A stretch of 64,000 bases of DNA from Octopus sinensis (lineage: Eukaryota), in the NCBI RefSeq assembly GCF_006345805.1, contig NC_043010.1:35030001-35094000 (forward strand). The letters run 5' to 3'. Shown here piece after piece: positions 27,142-39,570 of this stretch (position 1 is its first letter; every line of letters starts with the position of its first letter). Under the pieces are notes generated by a model that saw nothing but the letters and a program-made list of their open reading frames with translations, searched no databases and was not told where the DNA came from. The translations under genes and the position numbers were made by a program.

Positions 27142-27654
27142 CTAGCAGTATCGCCCAGCGTTGCTCGGGTTTGTAAGGGAAATAACTATATAAGCATTTT
27201 TAGAGAGTTACTTTCCTTATAGATGCCAATTCGGGCTTTCTTAGCCATTTCTGTTTTGGTGTCTTCAAGCCATTAAGTCGTTGTTCTAAAAGAACCCTGG
27301 TCTCCTTGACAACGCTTTACGACGTTGATTTCCTTACACTCCCTTCCCCACAGCTTCACGAGGGAGGGAAGAAGGAGGACAAGTAAACAGGTGCAGGTGT
27401 GACCATGGACGCCAACTCTGCCGCCTTCGACACACGAAAAATTATGCATTAAAATGGAATAAAAAATGATGTTAAATTATTTTTTAAATCGTAGACTCAT
27501 CGTAGACGCGCGCTAATACTCAGACGGGCTCGATATGAATCACGACTATAAGATACCCGAATTTGGTTAAACTGCACCGCAAAATGTGGGAGTAGTTAGG
27601 AATCCAAATCGAAGGGGACAGACACTCACACAACTACAGTTTTATATATATAGA
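27142..27654 (-). mobile_element. Non-autonomous Helitron
   Basis: The minus strand starts A|TCTATATATATAAAA and ends CCCGAGCAACGCTGGG (hairpin)...CTAG|T. There is no TSD. Confidence 0.75.
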
Positions 27655-27655
27655 T

Positions 27656-28175
27656 ATCCATTTTTCTGAAAGCTATGATCAATCCAAAGTCAGGGGCAAA
27701 GAAACATGTAGTTATGCTGATTCAAAAATACATAAAATGAGTAGTGCAAAAAAAAGTTCATCAATATTCAGAGGAATATTTAAAATTTGGATTTATACCT
27801 GCTATCCCCGATATGGACGAAAAGCTCGGATCTTGTGAAATTTCCAAAGTCCTCTCCCCATTCCTCAGAAAAAATTTTCCCACAAAAGGTATTTATATAA
27901 AATTTCATTTAAAAAAAACATTTTCCTAAAAATTATGAGAGAAATTTTCCCAAGTCCTCCCCCTCCCCACCGTTGATTTCCATGCATTTTTTTTATATTC
28001 GCTTCCTACATATTTTATTTACGTCCATTGCACTATTTAAAAAAAAAATTTGTTTCCAGGTAATATTGTAAACATTAACTAAATTTTAAATGACAAAAAT
28101 TAAATATCAGAAGGGGGCATCAGGATTTTAGAAATGATTTGGTGGGGCATGGCCAAAATTCAGTTGGGAATCACT
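27656..28175 (+). mobile_element. hAT (Charlie/ZBED8-like) non-autonomous fragment
   Basis: KKVHQYSEEYLKFGFIPAI matches the start of ZBED8/SCAND3-like transposases. hAT-like end ...cagttgggaatcact. Confidence 0.6.
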
Positions 28176-28631
28176 ATGGTAGATAGAGACATAAAATCTA
28201 AGGGACACGCTTGAAAAGCTGAAGTGGAAAGCAGAAAGCTTTACCAAATAGAGAGAAGAGATACTAGGGAATCAATTATATTTGGCTAAGAGAGAAGCAG
28301 AGAGAACAAGAACATGAGAATCAGGGACATAAGATGGTCCAGATGGCAAGGCAATGTGCTTGAGAGAACCATGTCACTGGGAAGTGATTAATGAGGGACT
28401 GCATCAAATCCAATACACCACTTCTCTTAAGCCCTTGATTAAGCAGTAAACCCAATCCTCTGGAATTACCTCATGGACAATCACCTCATTGTCCATCTTT
28501 TTGCTGTTGATTCTTGAAGGGTCTGACAAACTCATGAGCACAACCACTTCTTCAAGGACATGCTGTATACATATACACATGTACATACATATACATACAT
28601 ACATACATACATACATACATACATACATACA

Positions 28632-28667
<36 letters not shown>

Positions 28668-28683
28668 TATATAATACATATGT

Positions 28684-29400
28684 TCGTGGCTGTTTGCCAG
28701 CTCTGTCTGTCCCCCGTGCTGGTGACACGTAAAAGCACCATCCGTTCGTGGCCGTTTGCCAGCCCTGTCTGGCCCCCATGTCGGTGACATGTAAAAGCAC
28801 CATCCGTTCGTGTCCGTTTGCCAGCCCTGTCTGGCCCCCATGTCGGTGACATGTAAAAGCACCATCCGTTCGTGTCCGTTGCCAGCCTCGCCTGGCCCCC
28901 GTGCCGGTGACACGTAAAAGCACCATCCGTTCGTGGCCGTTTGCCAGCCCTGTCTGGCCCCCGTGTCGGTGGCATGTAAAAGCACCATCCGTTCATGCCC
29001 ATTGCCAGCCTCGCCTGGCCCCCGTGCTGGTGACACGTAAAAGCACCATCCATTTCGTGGCCGTTTGCCAGCTCTGTCTGGCCCCCGTGTTGGTGGCACG
29101 TAAAAGCACCATCCGTTCGTGTCCGTTGCCAGCCTCGCCTGGCCCCCGTGCCGGTGACACGTAAAAGCACCATCCGTTCGTGGCCGTTTGCCAGCTCTGT
29201 CTGGCACCTGTGCGGGTGGCACGTAAAAAGCACCCACTACACTCACGGAGTGGTTGGCGTTAGGAAGGGCATCCAGCTGTAGAAACACTGCCAGATCTGA
29301 CTGGGCCTGATGAAGCCTTCCAGCTTCACAGACCCCAGTTGAACCGTCCAACCCATGCTAGCATGGAGAACGGACGCTAAATGATGATGATGATGATGAT
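28684..29400 (-). mobile_element. RTE-type SINE with an internal 61-63-bp minisatellite (9 units) and a (CAT)n tail
   Basis: aaaagcacc recurs at 28731, 28793, 28855, 28916, 28978, 29039, 29102, 29163 and 29225. The family core ggatgcccttcctaacgccaacc also occurs at about 36400, 40800 and 42550. Confidence 0.85.
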
Positions 29401-29535
29401 ATATACATATATATATATGGTGTACTGGATCTGATATATATATATATATATATATATTCATGTATGTACATATATATATCATCATCATCATCATCGTCGT
29501 TTAGCGTCCGTTTTCCATGCTAGCATGGGTTGGAC

Positions 29536-29569
<34 letters not shown>

Positions 29570-29699
29570 ATTTATGTATGTACATATATATATATATATA
29601 TATACACATACATATATACATTCAGTTTTAAGTGCCCATAAATCTTGAAACAGATGTCCATAAATATCTTCTTTCTCACTGATTTGGCGAAAAAAAAAA

Positions 29700-30300
29700 T
29701 CTATAACAATTATTCCTTTCTGTCTTCTATACTATGCTTATCATGTTTGTATTTGCAGAAGTTCTGATGCAATCATTTGAGCAATATTCCTTGTCTTGAA
29801 AGAATTTATATACGAAATAACACAAATATTCTTTTTATGCTTATTCCTAATTTTTCCAATGGATTCTATTGTATATTGCTTTAGCAACAGTGTCATCATG
29901 AATTGGAAGGTAATATTTTGTTGATATTTGAAGCTGTTGCTAATTATATGTATAATATCTTCTGCAGACATGTAACTTAATTGATATCTTTTGGTTGACT
30001 CTTGGCAGCAAGGTTTAAGATCTTTCTTCTTTCTTTTGCTCAACTTTGTAGCTCTCTCCTATAACAAAATGACCATTAGAAAGGCTACACATCCCTCAAT
30101 ATTAGCATAATCTTCTAGTTTATGGGAAACAGACATCCTTTTTTTTTATATACAGAATGTTCCTCTTCTAAGTCTTTATCAAAGTATGTTATTGTATTAG
30201 TTCTGGGAATCACATGGAATATGATTGGAAAATTGAGCAATTCTTGAGAACTTTACTACACCCAAACCATAAGATGCTCTCTTCACTTTTGAGCATTAAG
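29700..30300 (-). mobile_element. R4/Dong-like retrotransposon C-terminal relic
   Basis: Frameshifted EDIIHIISN...YYLPIHDDTVAKAIYN, resembling the zinc-knuckle region of RLE elements. Confidence 0.55.
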
Positions 30301-32384
30301 CTAATGTATTTTACTTTTTAGGCTGTAGTTTAGAACAGTGTATCTCATAAGAGGGGCCTGTGAGGATTGAAAAAGGGCAACAATATTGCTATGCTTAATG
30401 ATTTCTGATTTAGGCAGAAGGCTAGCAATTTTGAAGGGAGTGGGGATAGTCATTGATACCAGTACTTGACTGTACTTTATTTTATTGATCCTGAAGAGAT
30501 GAAAGAACTGATCAAGGTGGGGTTTGAACTTAAAATGTAAAGAGCAAGAACAAATTCTGCAAAACATTTTTTTCTGAAGCACAAATGATTCTGATAGGTC
30601 TTTACATTATTGCTAAGTTCAATTTAATAAAGATAGCTTTAAACTTATTGAACATTATGGCAAAGAAGCAGCATGTGGGATGCAAGCCCAATTTTGTCTT
30701 CTAAATCAAGAGATGAGTGACCAAACCACTGGTTTAGAAGATGTTACTTGAATGATATCAAGAATACATGTAAATACATATGTATACATATGTGTACATA
30801 TACAAAGTCAAAGATACAGAATACTATTACATCATATAGATCTCATGCACACAAAAGGCGAAAACACTAAGAATTACACAGAGCACCTCTATAACATTCA
30901 CAGCAGATGTAAAAGACATTGTAAAGAAAACAAAATAACACAGAAACTCACTTAGAGAATTAAAAGTTATGGCTTTTAGACATCTGGCCAATACAAAGAA
31001 ATGATAGCACTAATGTACAGTCAATCAAGTATTGCTGTAGTCTTACCTAAAACTACCTCCCAACCTCTCCCCAACAAACCATAATAAATTACATGGAATA
31101 CAAAATAGTATGATTTGTATCATCACAGGTTGTGCAGAGTCCACACCTACATGCCAACTACACAATGAAACAAACAAACAAACAAAAAAAAACTCAAAAT
31201 GAAATAGCAGCTGGCCACGTGAGGTGCTCATTTTGTTGCTGTAGCAACCTCCAGACTTCATAGTCTCTGAAACTACATGCATAACCACATCCCCATAAAA
31301 CATCTACAACATCTCTGGAATATTTCTACAAGGGCCTTTGTCATCTGTTATAAATGGTCTGAGAATTTTCACCTGATGAGTTCTCCAAGGCAAAGGATTG
31401 GGCAAGGTTTTTTATGGAAGACTAGCAAGTTATCCATACATGTAAGTCTCCCCTTTCTTATGGCACTGCTCTTATTCAAGAGAAGGTCAAGGGTGATACA
31501 GCTCAGCATTAGAGTCATTGCAAGTGTAACTAATGTAACCCAGAGAGACTGAACATACTACTGGCTGTGTGGTAAGAATTTTGCTTCCCGACCATATGGT
31601 TCCAGGTTCAGTTCCACTGCATGGCACCTTGAACAAGTGTCTTCTACTACAGTCTTGGGCAGACCAAAGGCTTATGAGTGGATTTGGTACATGGAAACTG
31701 GAAGAAGCTTGTTGTTAGTTTGTTTGTGTGTGTGTGTGTTTGTGTCTCATATTGTAACAATTCTACCAGTCCACTAACTTGGCTGGTATTTTATTTATCA
31801 ACCTCCAGCCCTGAAAGGATGAAAGATAAGTTTTATCTTGATGGGGTTCAAGTTCAGTGTGAAGAGCATCGAAATGAATATCACATCACAAAGTATTCTG
31901 TCTGATGTTCTAGTGACTATCAATTCACAACCTACAACACTATCCTCCCCATGCAGTGCTGGCAAACATTAATAAAAGGCCCATACACAAACACAAAATT
32001 AGCATCAGAAACATCAATAACATCACTGGCTCTAAACACCTGTGTGTGCTGAGATGTACACAACTAATGCTACAAGAAGAGGAACAACAACTATAATGCT
32101 TTGAGTTCATGCCATACACTGCCATTGTGGCCAGTGTCAGGACATACAGATATTAAGGAAAAGACAGGACAAGAAAGAGAAAAAATTTTAAAATGTTGTA
32201 TGCCCATATTGCATCAGAAAGCATAGTGTTGGTGTGTGTGCAGTATTGTCTCCCTCACAAGACAAGAATGGAATGAAATATCTAGGTCACACACAAGCAT
32301 CTGTCTACATACTGTAGACCTGCAGCCACATAATGGTGTGTGTGTGAATATATATATATATATATATAAATAGACACACACTCT

Positions 32385-33525
32385 ATCCAAAGTGTGCAGT
32401 ATTATATAGCCATCGTGACCAATATTACAAACCAGTTTCATGCTAGGGGTACAATGGAGTGTTAGGTAAAAGTCTAATTATATAACCCTATGCTCATCAG
32501 AGGTAGCCAATATGGAATGAAATATACTGATCTCTTTCGTTGGAGGTAAATAGATACATTGGGTTTGTGGTTGCTATGAGAAGATGATGAAACAAAACAA
32601 GTAGGGAATTAAGTTAAGAGTTATACCCCTTAATACTGAAACATCACCACTGGGTTGGTTTACCTGAAAGTCAGCAAGAGCTATCTTGAAGTGTTTGTGG
32701 GAAATGTGTACGTCTTTCAAGTTGGTGTTCTTGTGGCAATTAAGGTATGTGTAGTGGTACTCGCTGTATAACTTTTCTAGCGGATGTAGGCACACACAAC
32801 TGTGATTTGGTAGGTGTCCACTACGTTGGTGAATGCATGTTTGTATGTGGGTGCTTTGGTGAATTTTCTGGTCAAGCTCTTTGCCAGACTCCAAGGTACT
32901 GGTGAAGAGCTGAGGCTGAGGGACTGGTGATTGTAGTCATGATGGCGCACAATGCAGCAGACACCTACCAAGCTGACTGTTTTCCTCCCCACCAATATAA
33001 ACTCTCCCCACACATACTGAACCTCTACACACACTGCATGAATACATAAAACCACAACAACCTTAACCAATACAGAAAGAAGACACATTAATGATCACAG
33101 TTGTGTATGCCTACACCCCCTGCAAAAGTTATATACATAGTACCAATACACATACCTAATTTCCACAAGAACACCTACTTGAAAGACACACATGTTTTCC
33201 ACAAACACTTCAAGATAGCTCTTACTGACTTGCAGGTAAACCAACCCAGTAGTGAGGTCTTGGTATCAAGGGACATAACTCTTAACTAAATCCCCTACTC
33301 ATTTTGTTTCATCATCATCTCACAGCAACGACAAATCGGATGCATCCATTCACCTCCAGCAATTGAGAGCAGTCGCTATATTTCATTCCATATAAGCTAC
33401 CTCTGATGAGCATAGGGTTATATAATCAGATTACTACCTAATACTCCATTGTACCCCTAGTGCAAAACTGATTGGTAAAATGAGCTATGATGGATATGTA
33501 ATACTGTACACTTTAGATAATATAC
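32385..33525. mobile_element. Head-to-head inverted pair of PLE pLTRs (same family as 4526-6330)
   Basis: Arms about 32385-32806 and 33094-33525. Each carries CTGATGA-GCATAGGG...CCCTAG..-(G/A)AAAC. Confidence 0.75.
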
Positions 33526-33987
33526 CCACTCTATTGACAGATATATGAGTACATATTTTTCTTCACTTATGGATCTTTAGACAACTTACGTGTATATATA
33601 TAAACACACATACATACATGCATACATACACACAAATACAGACATATATATATATTTTATGCAGAAGAATTGTCTACCCTTGATTATGGATGGACAGAAA
33701 GTTACCATTGGTTTCATGCACTTATTGCATTTGGTAACTCTCTCTCTCTCTCATCTGCTGTTTTATTCTTTTACTTCCTTCAATCATTTGACTGTGGCCA
33801 TCCTGGAGCATTGCCTTTAGTTGAAATAATCGACCCCAGGACTCATTCATTGTAAGCCTAGTATTTATTATATCAGTCTCTTTTACAAAACCGTTAATTT
33901 TCAGGGACATAAACACGCCAAAATCGGTTGTTAAGCGACAGCTGGGGTGGGGGTGGGGGACAAGCACAGACACACACACACACAAAT

Positions 33988-33989
<2 letters not shown>

Positions 33990-34060
<71 letters not shown>

Positions 34061-34142
34061 TATATATATATACATATATATATATACATATATATATACT
34101 ATATATATATATAAACATATACATATATATAGATATATATAT

Positions 34143-34209
<67 letters not shown>

Positions 34210-34286
34210 ATACATATTATATATACATATATATATACATATATATATATATAAACATATACATATATATAGATATATATATATAC

Positions 34287-34349
<63 letters not shown>

Positions 34350-34366
34350 ACATATATATATTATAC

Positions 34367-34404
<38 letters not shown>

Positions 34405-34420
34405 ATATATATATACATAT
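33990..34420. repeat. Long compound (TA)n microsatellite
   Basis: About 430 bp of TA/CATA repeats. It is the source of the spurious YIYI ORFs. Confidence 0.95.
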
Positions 34421-34688
34421 ACACTACACCATACGACATTACACATCACATCATACATACATACACACGTCCAGACCTTTCATACGCACATACATACTCT
34501 CTCATACACACACGCACCTTTATGTTGGGGCGAAGTCATTTGACCCTGTTATCTCCCCTACTATCCCTCTTGTGTCTCACGTCTGATCTCTGACTTCTGG
34601 CTGAAAATCAGACCGCCATGTTGAATCGTTAGCTTCTGCACGCATTTTTTTTCTCTCCTTGTTTCTCTCCGTGTTTCTTTTCTGTATA

Positions 34689-34726
34689 TCTTTCTGTTGA
34701 AGAGCGTAGGCTCGAAACGTAAAAGA
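34689..34726 (+). ncRNA. Variant type I hammerhead-like motif (CUGUNGA+A core), copy 1
   Basis: TCTTT-CTGTTGAA-GAGC(GTAG)GCTC-GAAAC-GTA^AAAGA. Confidence 0.6.
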
Positions 34727-34828
34727 CTTGTTTTATTTCTATTCCTGAGCGCCATACTAATACAATTGTTTGTTTGTACTCCACCTGCCTTGTCTTTTGT
34801 TTATTTTCATAAAGCTTCCCGTTATATA

Positions 34829-34882
<54 letters not shown>

Positions 34883-35213
34883 CATATATATATACATATA
34901 TATATATAATATATATACACACACACATATATATATATATACAATACACTACACCATACGACATTACACATCACATCATACATACATACACACGTCCAGA
35001 CCTTTCATACGCACATACATACTCTCTCATACACACACGCACCTTTATGTTGGGGCGAAGTCATTTGACCCTGTTATCTCCCCTACTATCCCTCTTGTGT
35101 CTCACGTCTGATCTCTGACTTCTGGCTGAAAATCAGACCGCCATGTTGAATCGTTAGCTTCTGCACGCATTTTTTTTCTCTCCTTGTTTCTCTCCGTGTT
35201 TCTTTTCTGTATA

Positions 35214-35251
35214 TCTTTCTGTTGAAGAGCGTAGGCTCGAAACGTAAAAGA
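35214..35251 (+). ncRNA. Variant type I hammerhead-like motif, copy 2
   Basis: Identical to 34689-34726. The predicted cut sites 34721 and 35246 are 525 nt apart. Confidence 0.6.
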
Positions 35252-35544
35252 CTTGTTTTATTTCTATTCCTGAGCGCCATACTAATACAATTGTTTGTTT
35301 GTACTCCACCTGCCTTTGTCTTTTGTTTATTTTCATAAAGCTTCCCGTTATATATATATATATATATATATATATGACAGGCTTCTTCAGTCCGTCTACC
35401 AAATCCTCTCATAAGGCTTTGGTTGGCCCAAGGTTATAGTAGAAGACACTTGCCCAAGATTCCACACAGTGAGACTCTGAACACCCAGAACCATGTGGTT
35501 GGGGAGCAAGCTTCTAACCACAGCTACACCTGCATCTTTGTCTG

Positions 35545-35585
<41 letters not shown>

Positions 35586-35768
35586 ATGTATGTATGTATG
35601 TATGTATGTATGTATGTATGTATGTATGATGTATGTATGTATGAATACACTTGCCCAAATGTATACACATTTGAATACACTTGCTCAAGGTGCCACACAG
35701 TAGGATTGAACCTGAAACCATGTAGATGAGGAAGTAACAGTTAGACTTGGCTTGGCATTACTTTAAAG

Positions 35769-38700
35769 CAGAGGTTCTTAAACTTTTTGAGTCACTGCCC
35801 CACTCATGGCCACATAATACCCTCAGTGACCCGCCACATAGTTTTATGTATAAATAAATATTTTATGTTTTACCTATTTATATATATTATGAATCATTTG
35901 ATGTTTAATATAATGTTATATTATTTGTATACAATACTATAATAATATTATAAGTCCATAACATCCCTCATTCCACTGCTAAAAAAGAAACCTTCATTAC
36001 ATAATCTTACTCAAAGACCTGTTGAGGCAAGTGAAATCAAAATCAAATTCGATGACTGGCATCCGTGCTAGCGGGGTGCAAAGAGCACCATACACGTGTG
36101 ATCGTTAACAGAGCAGCTAACTGGCTTCCATGCCAGTGGCACATAAAAGGCATCATTCGAGGGTGATCGTTACCAGCATTGCCTTACTGACACTTGTGCC
36201 CTGTGCTAGTAGAGTGCTAAGAGCACTATACAAGTGTGATCGTTGCCAGAGCAGCTAACCAGCTTCCATACCAGCGGCACATAAAATCACCATTCGAGTG
36301 TGATCGTTACCAGCGTCGCCTTACTGGCATCTGTGCCAGTGGCATGTGTAAAACGATTCAAGCGAAGTTGTTGCCAGTACCGCGTGACTGGCCCCCCGTG
36401 CCGGTGGAACGTAAAAGCAACCACTACACTCTTGGAGTGGTTGGCGTTAGGAAGGGCATCCAGCTGTAGAAACTTTGCCAGATCAAGATTGGAGCCATCT
36501 GGTTCGCCAGCTCTCAATCAAATCATCCAACCCATGCTAGCATGGAAAGTGGACATTAAACGATGATGATGATGATAAAATAATGCACAAATTTACAACG
36601 TATTTTGAAGAAGTCAGCAGTGTAGTGAGATGTATGTTTTTTTAAGGTTTTAATTATATCAGGAGAAGGCGTTGGACTTCGAAAAGCGTCTTTGTTAGGC
36701 GTGAAATTAAGTTATTGACTCACTTGAACAACAACATTACAAATTTATTTGTTATAAATTATATATACAAGTAATAAACATTGGAAGTGTTAACAGTTAT
36801 TGCTAGACGTGTCAAAGAAAGGCATTTTGTTGTAAGTAGAGAATATATGATGATCAGTGTTGAAATATCATAATATAAAACTTACAGTGAATTAATTGAA
36901 TTTTCATAGAGAAGAAATAATCTTTTTCTTCAGGAGAGAAAAAGGTGTTCAGAAGCATTTGGCTGTTGGACAAAGGTTTCCAAGATCTCTGATGGTTCAA
37001 CATTATTCACACTTCAGTCGCAGTTCTTCTCTCTTCGAAGTACAGCAGAAGCAGGTCTTGTTGCCTCTCTGTTTCGCAAAAGAACCTTTAGCAGCAACAT
37101 CCAGCAAAGTGCTGCACACATGCACAGCGATAGTGTTTTGGTAAACAGAGCTTTCCACTTCGTAAATGCAAATAATATGTGAAGAAAGGTAGTTAACTTG
37201 CTTTCATACATCATATTATCCCATGGCAAGCCAGTAAGGCGTTAGGAAAAAAGAGAAGCAGCATTGTAATACAAAAATTGCAAACATGCAAATAATAACA
37301 AAATATGCAAACATACTGAGAGCAAGTGTCAGTAGTATGCTGCACGGAAAGCTAGTTTCCATAGAGTCAGCATGTAATTTACGAGCTCTAAAAAATTATG
37401 CACAACTTTACATGAAACAGAAATCACAAAATACAGTGGTCAATAAGTGGTTGCAAGTGCAGCAGTGTTAATGGTACAAGAGTCTCCCACAAAAGAAATG
37501 CATGCAACAAAGGAATGTTATAAGTCCTGTGCGAAAGAAATTTCACACCAATAACAAGAGCTTTTTCATATAAATGTCACAAAGTTCATGCATTAAAAAA
37601 GTATATGTTGCTACGGCGTACATAGCAAAAGAAAAGAGAAGAAAGATTAAAGCCATAACAGCATACCACTAAAACAGATCATCCATGTAGGCTTTTAGGG
37701 AGGGGTTCAATGAGAAGGATGAGTTTGGTGAAGTGAAAGTAGCTTCTTTACCTCAGGCTGAATTGTGCTAAAAATAAACCTGAGATCACCACACTCCAAA
37801 ATTCAGATCTTACACCACTGCTTCGGAAGAAGGCAAGTGACTGCACTGAATCTTCTCCCAACCAAATATGATGTTAGAAAGGTAATGAAAAACAATTTGA
37901 CTTTCTTCCAAAGCTCCGGACAACGATCATGGATAGCCTTTTGAAGCCAAAATTCTTGATAGAACTTGTGCAATTTAGGCTGCAATTCAATATCATTTTA
38001 AGAGTTATCAGCTCTTCTTCTAACTCTCCATTTCTTCACCAATGTCAATGAAGGGGTTGACAATCCAGTCAGGAACTCGAAAAGCAAACAGATCATGAAA
38101 TCAACGCTCCATATCTTCATGTAGTTCAGTGAGAAGGCAAAAGACAAGCAGATCCTCGTCTGCAGGTTTTCTGTCCTTTTCAGAACCAGACAAGCAAGGA
38201 AACTGGAAAAACTCCCTGTGTCCAATATTGCACTTTTACATAACAAGTTTCGCTTGAAATTTTGAAATGGTTGACTTGAGATGGTACAGCAGAAACAGAT
38301 CTTGTTGCCTCTCTGTTTCACAAAAGAACCTTTAGCAGCAATGTTCAGCAAAGTGCTGCACACAGAGCTTTCCACTTCGTAAATGCAAACAATATGTGAA
38401 GAAAGGTAGTTAACTCGCTTTGATATATCACCATATTATCCCATGGAAAGCCAGTAAGGCATTAGGAGATTAACACCATCTCCTTGCAGCTGCTTATTCA
38501 CTTCACTGAATATAATGAATAAGTCAGACAGGTATGTAATATCTTTCTTTATACTTTTAAGCCTCACACTAAGTTCTGGGACAGTAGTATCAAAGAACTC
38601 CATTACTCAATCAAACAAAACATAAAAGCAATTCAGACAATTTCCTTATAATAACCACCTCACCTCTGTGTGGAGCAGCAAGTTTTGAAAGTCTTTATCA

Positions 38701-39570
38701 TTTTCAAAGCAAAGCTGTTGAAACAGGTGAGAGATCAGAGCATGAGATTTGATTTTATTCACAGCAGTGATGACCATGCTTAGGGAATCGTGAAGACAAC
38801 CACTGAAGTTTTGTTGGTGAATCACGTAGTACATCGTGAAGACATCAGGTAGACAAGAATTTGAGATAACTGATGAAGCTGCGATGGCAGCCAGTCATCA
38901 ATGGTGCAGCATCAGTCGCACAGGCTGCAATGTCATTCAGTGGGATGTCCTTTTTGTCAAAAAAGCTCTTGACCACATTGAAAATGGATTCACCCTTGGT
39001 ATTAGTTTCCAATAGTCTGGCAAAAGAGTAGTTCTTGGCATAAACTTTCCTCTTTCACAAAACGAACATATGTTAGGAGGAGGGAATCATCACCTGGCAA
39101 AGTAGACTCATCCAACTACAAGCTGAATTCTGTTTCCTTCAGAATTGTGCAGAGTTGGTCTTCAATGTCTTCTACCATTCCATCAACCCTCCTCGGAACG
39201 GAGCACTTACTCAGAGGAATACCTTTGATAATTGGCTCTGGTGCCTTGCATAGCACCGTCTTCAGGACTTCTTTTACAGCTGGCAAGATTACTGTTCCCT
39301 TATTGTGTGAGGTTTGCCAGACTTCACAATGAGAAGTTATATGTTATAAGAAGCATGCAAACCATAACTAGACTGACTGGATGAACTAGGGAAAAAACTT
39401 TCTATTGTTTTTCTCATGTGGAAATTATTTTTAAGGGGTTGAAAATAATTAAAATTTTTTTCTGCTCCATCAGGATGCATTTTATTCAAGTGTTCTTCAA
39501 GCCTTGATGGTTTCATTGCTTCATTTTCACAGAGTAGACAGAGTGGTTACTGTTAGTTGTGTAGCCCAAC
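35769..39570 (-). mobile_element. Decayed hAT (ZBED8/SCAND3-like) transposon with SINE insertions
   Basis: PLCLLC..NEAMKPSRLEEHL (about 39500), VIHQQ...LHDSLSMVITAVNKIKSHAL...LLLHTEVRWL (38646-38834), FWLQKAI...FLTSYLVGRRFSAVT (37803-37985). hAT-like end cagaggttcttaaacttttt at 35769. Confidence 0.8.

Larger units (their letters stand above)
34420..35349 (+). mobile_element. Two near-identical tandem PLE pLTR units (period 525 nt)
   Basis: Units about 34420-34823 and 34943-35349, each ending ...cttcccgtt(AT)n. Homologous to the 3' ends at 57430-57852 and 57891-58400. Confidence 0.85.

Noticed and set aside
28404-29351. Longest ORFs in the window (315 aa and the overlapping 233 aa)
   Set aside because: They read through a 62-bp VNTR and (ATGT)n repeats, so they are repeat-generated and not a gene.
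31045-31160. AG...GTAAG-bounded segment on the minus strand as a possible extra exon
   Set aside because: It has no methyltransferase similarity, and exons 2 and 3 already join in frame without a gap.
25120-31380. Isolated CTGATGA heptamers at 25120, 25314 and 31373
   Set aside because: No stem II followed by GAAA and no matching stem I could be found.
33722-35111. Many YIYI-, CVCV-, ERER- and SLSL-type ORFs here and throughout the window
   Set aside because: They are translations of microsatellites.
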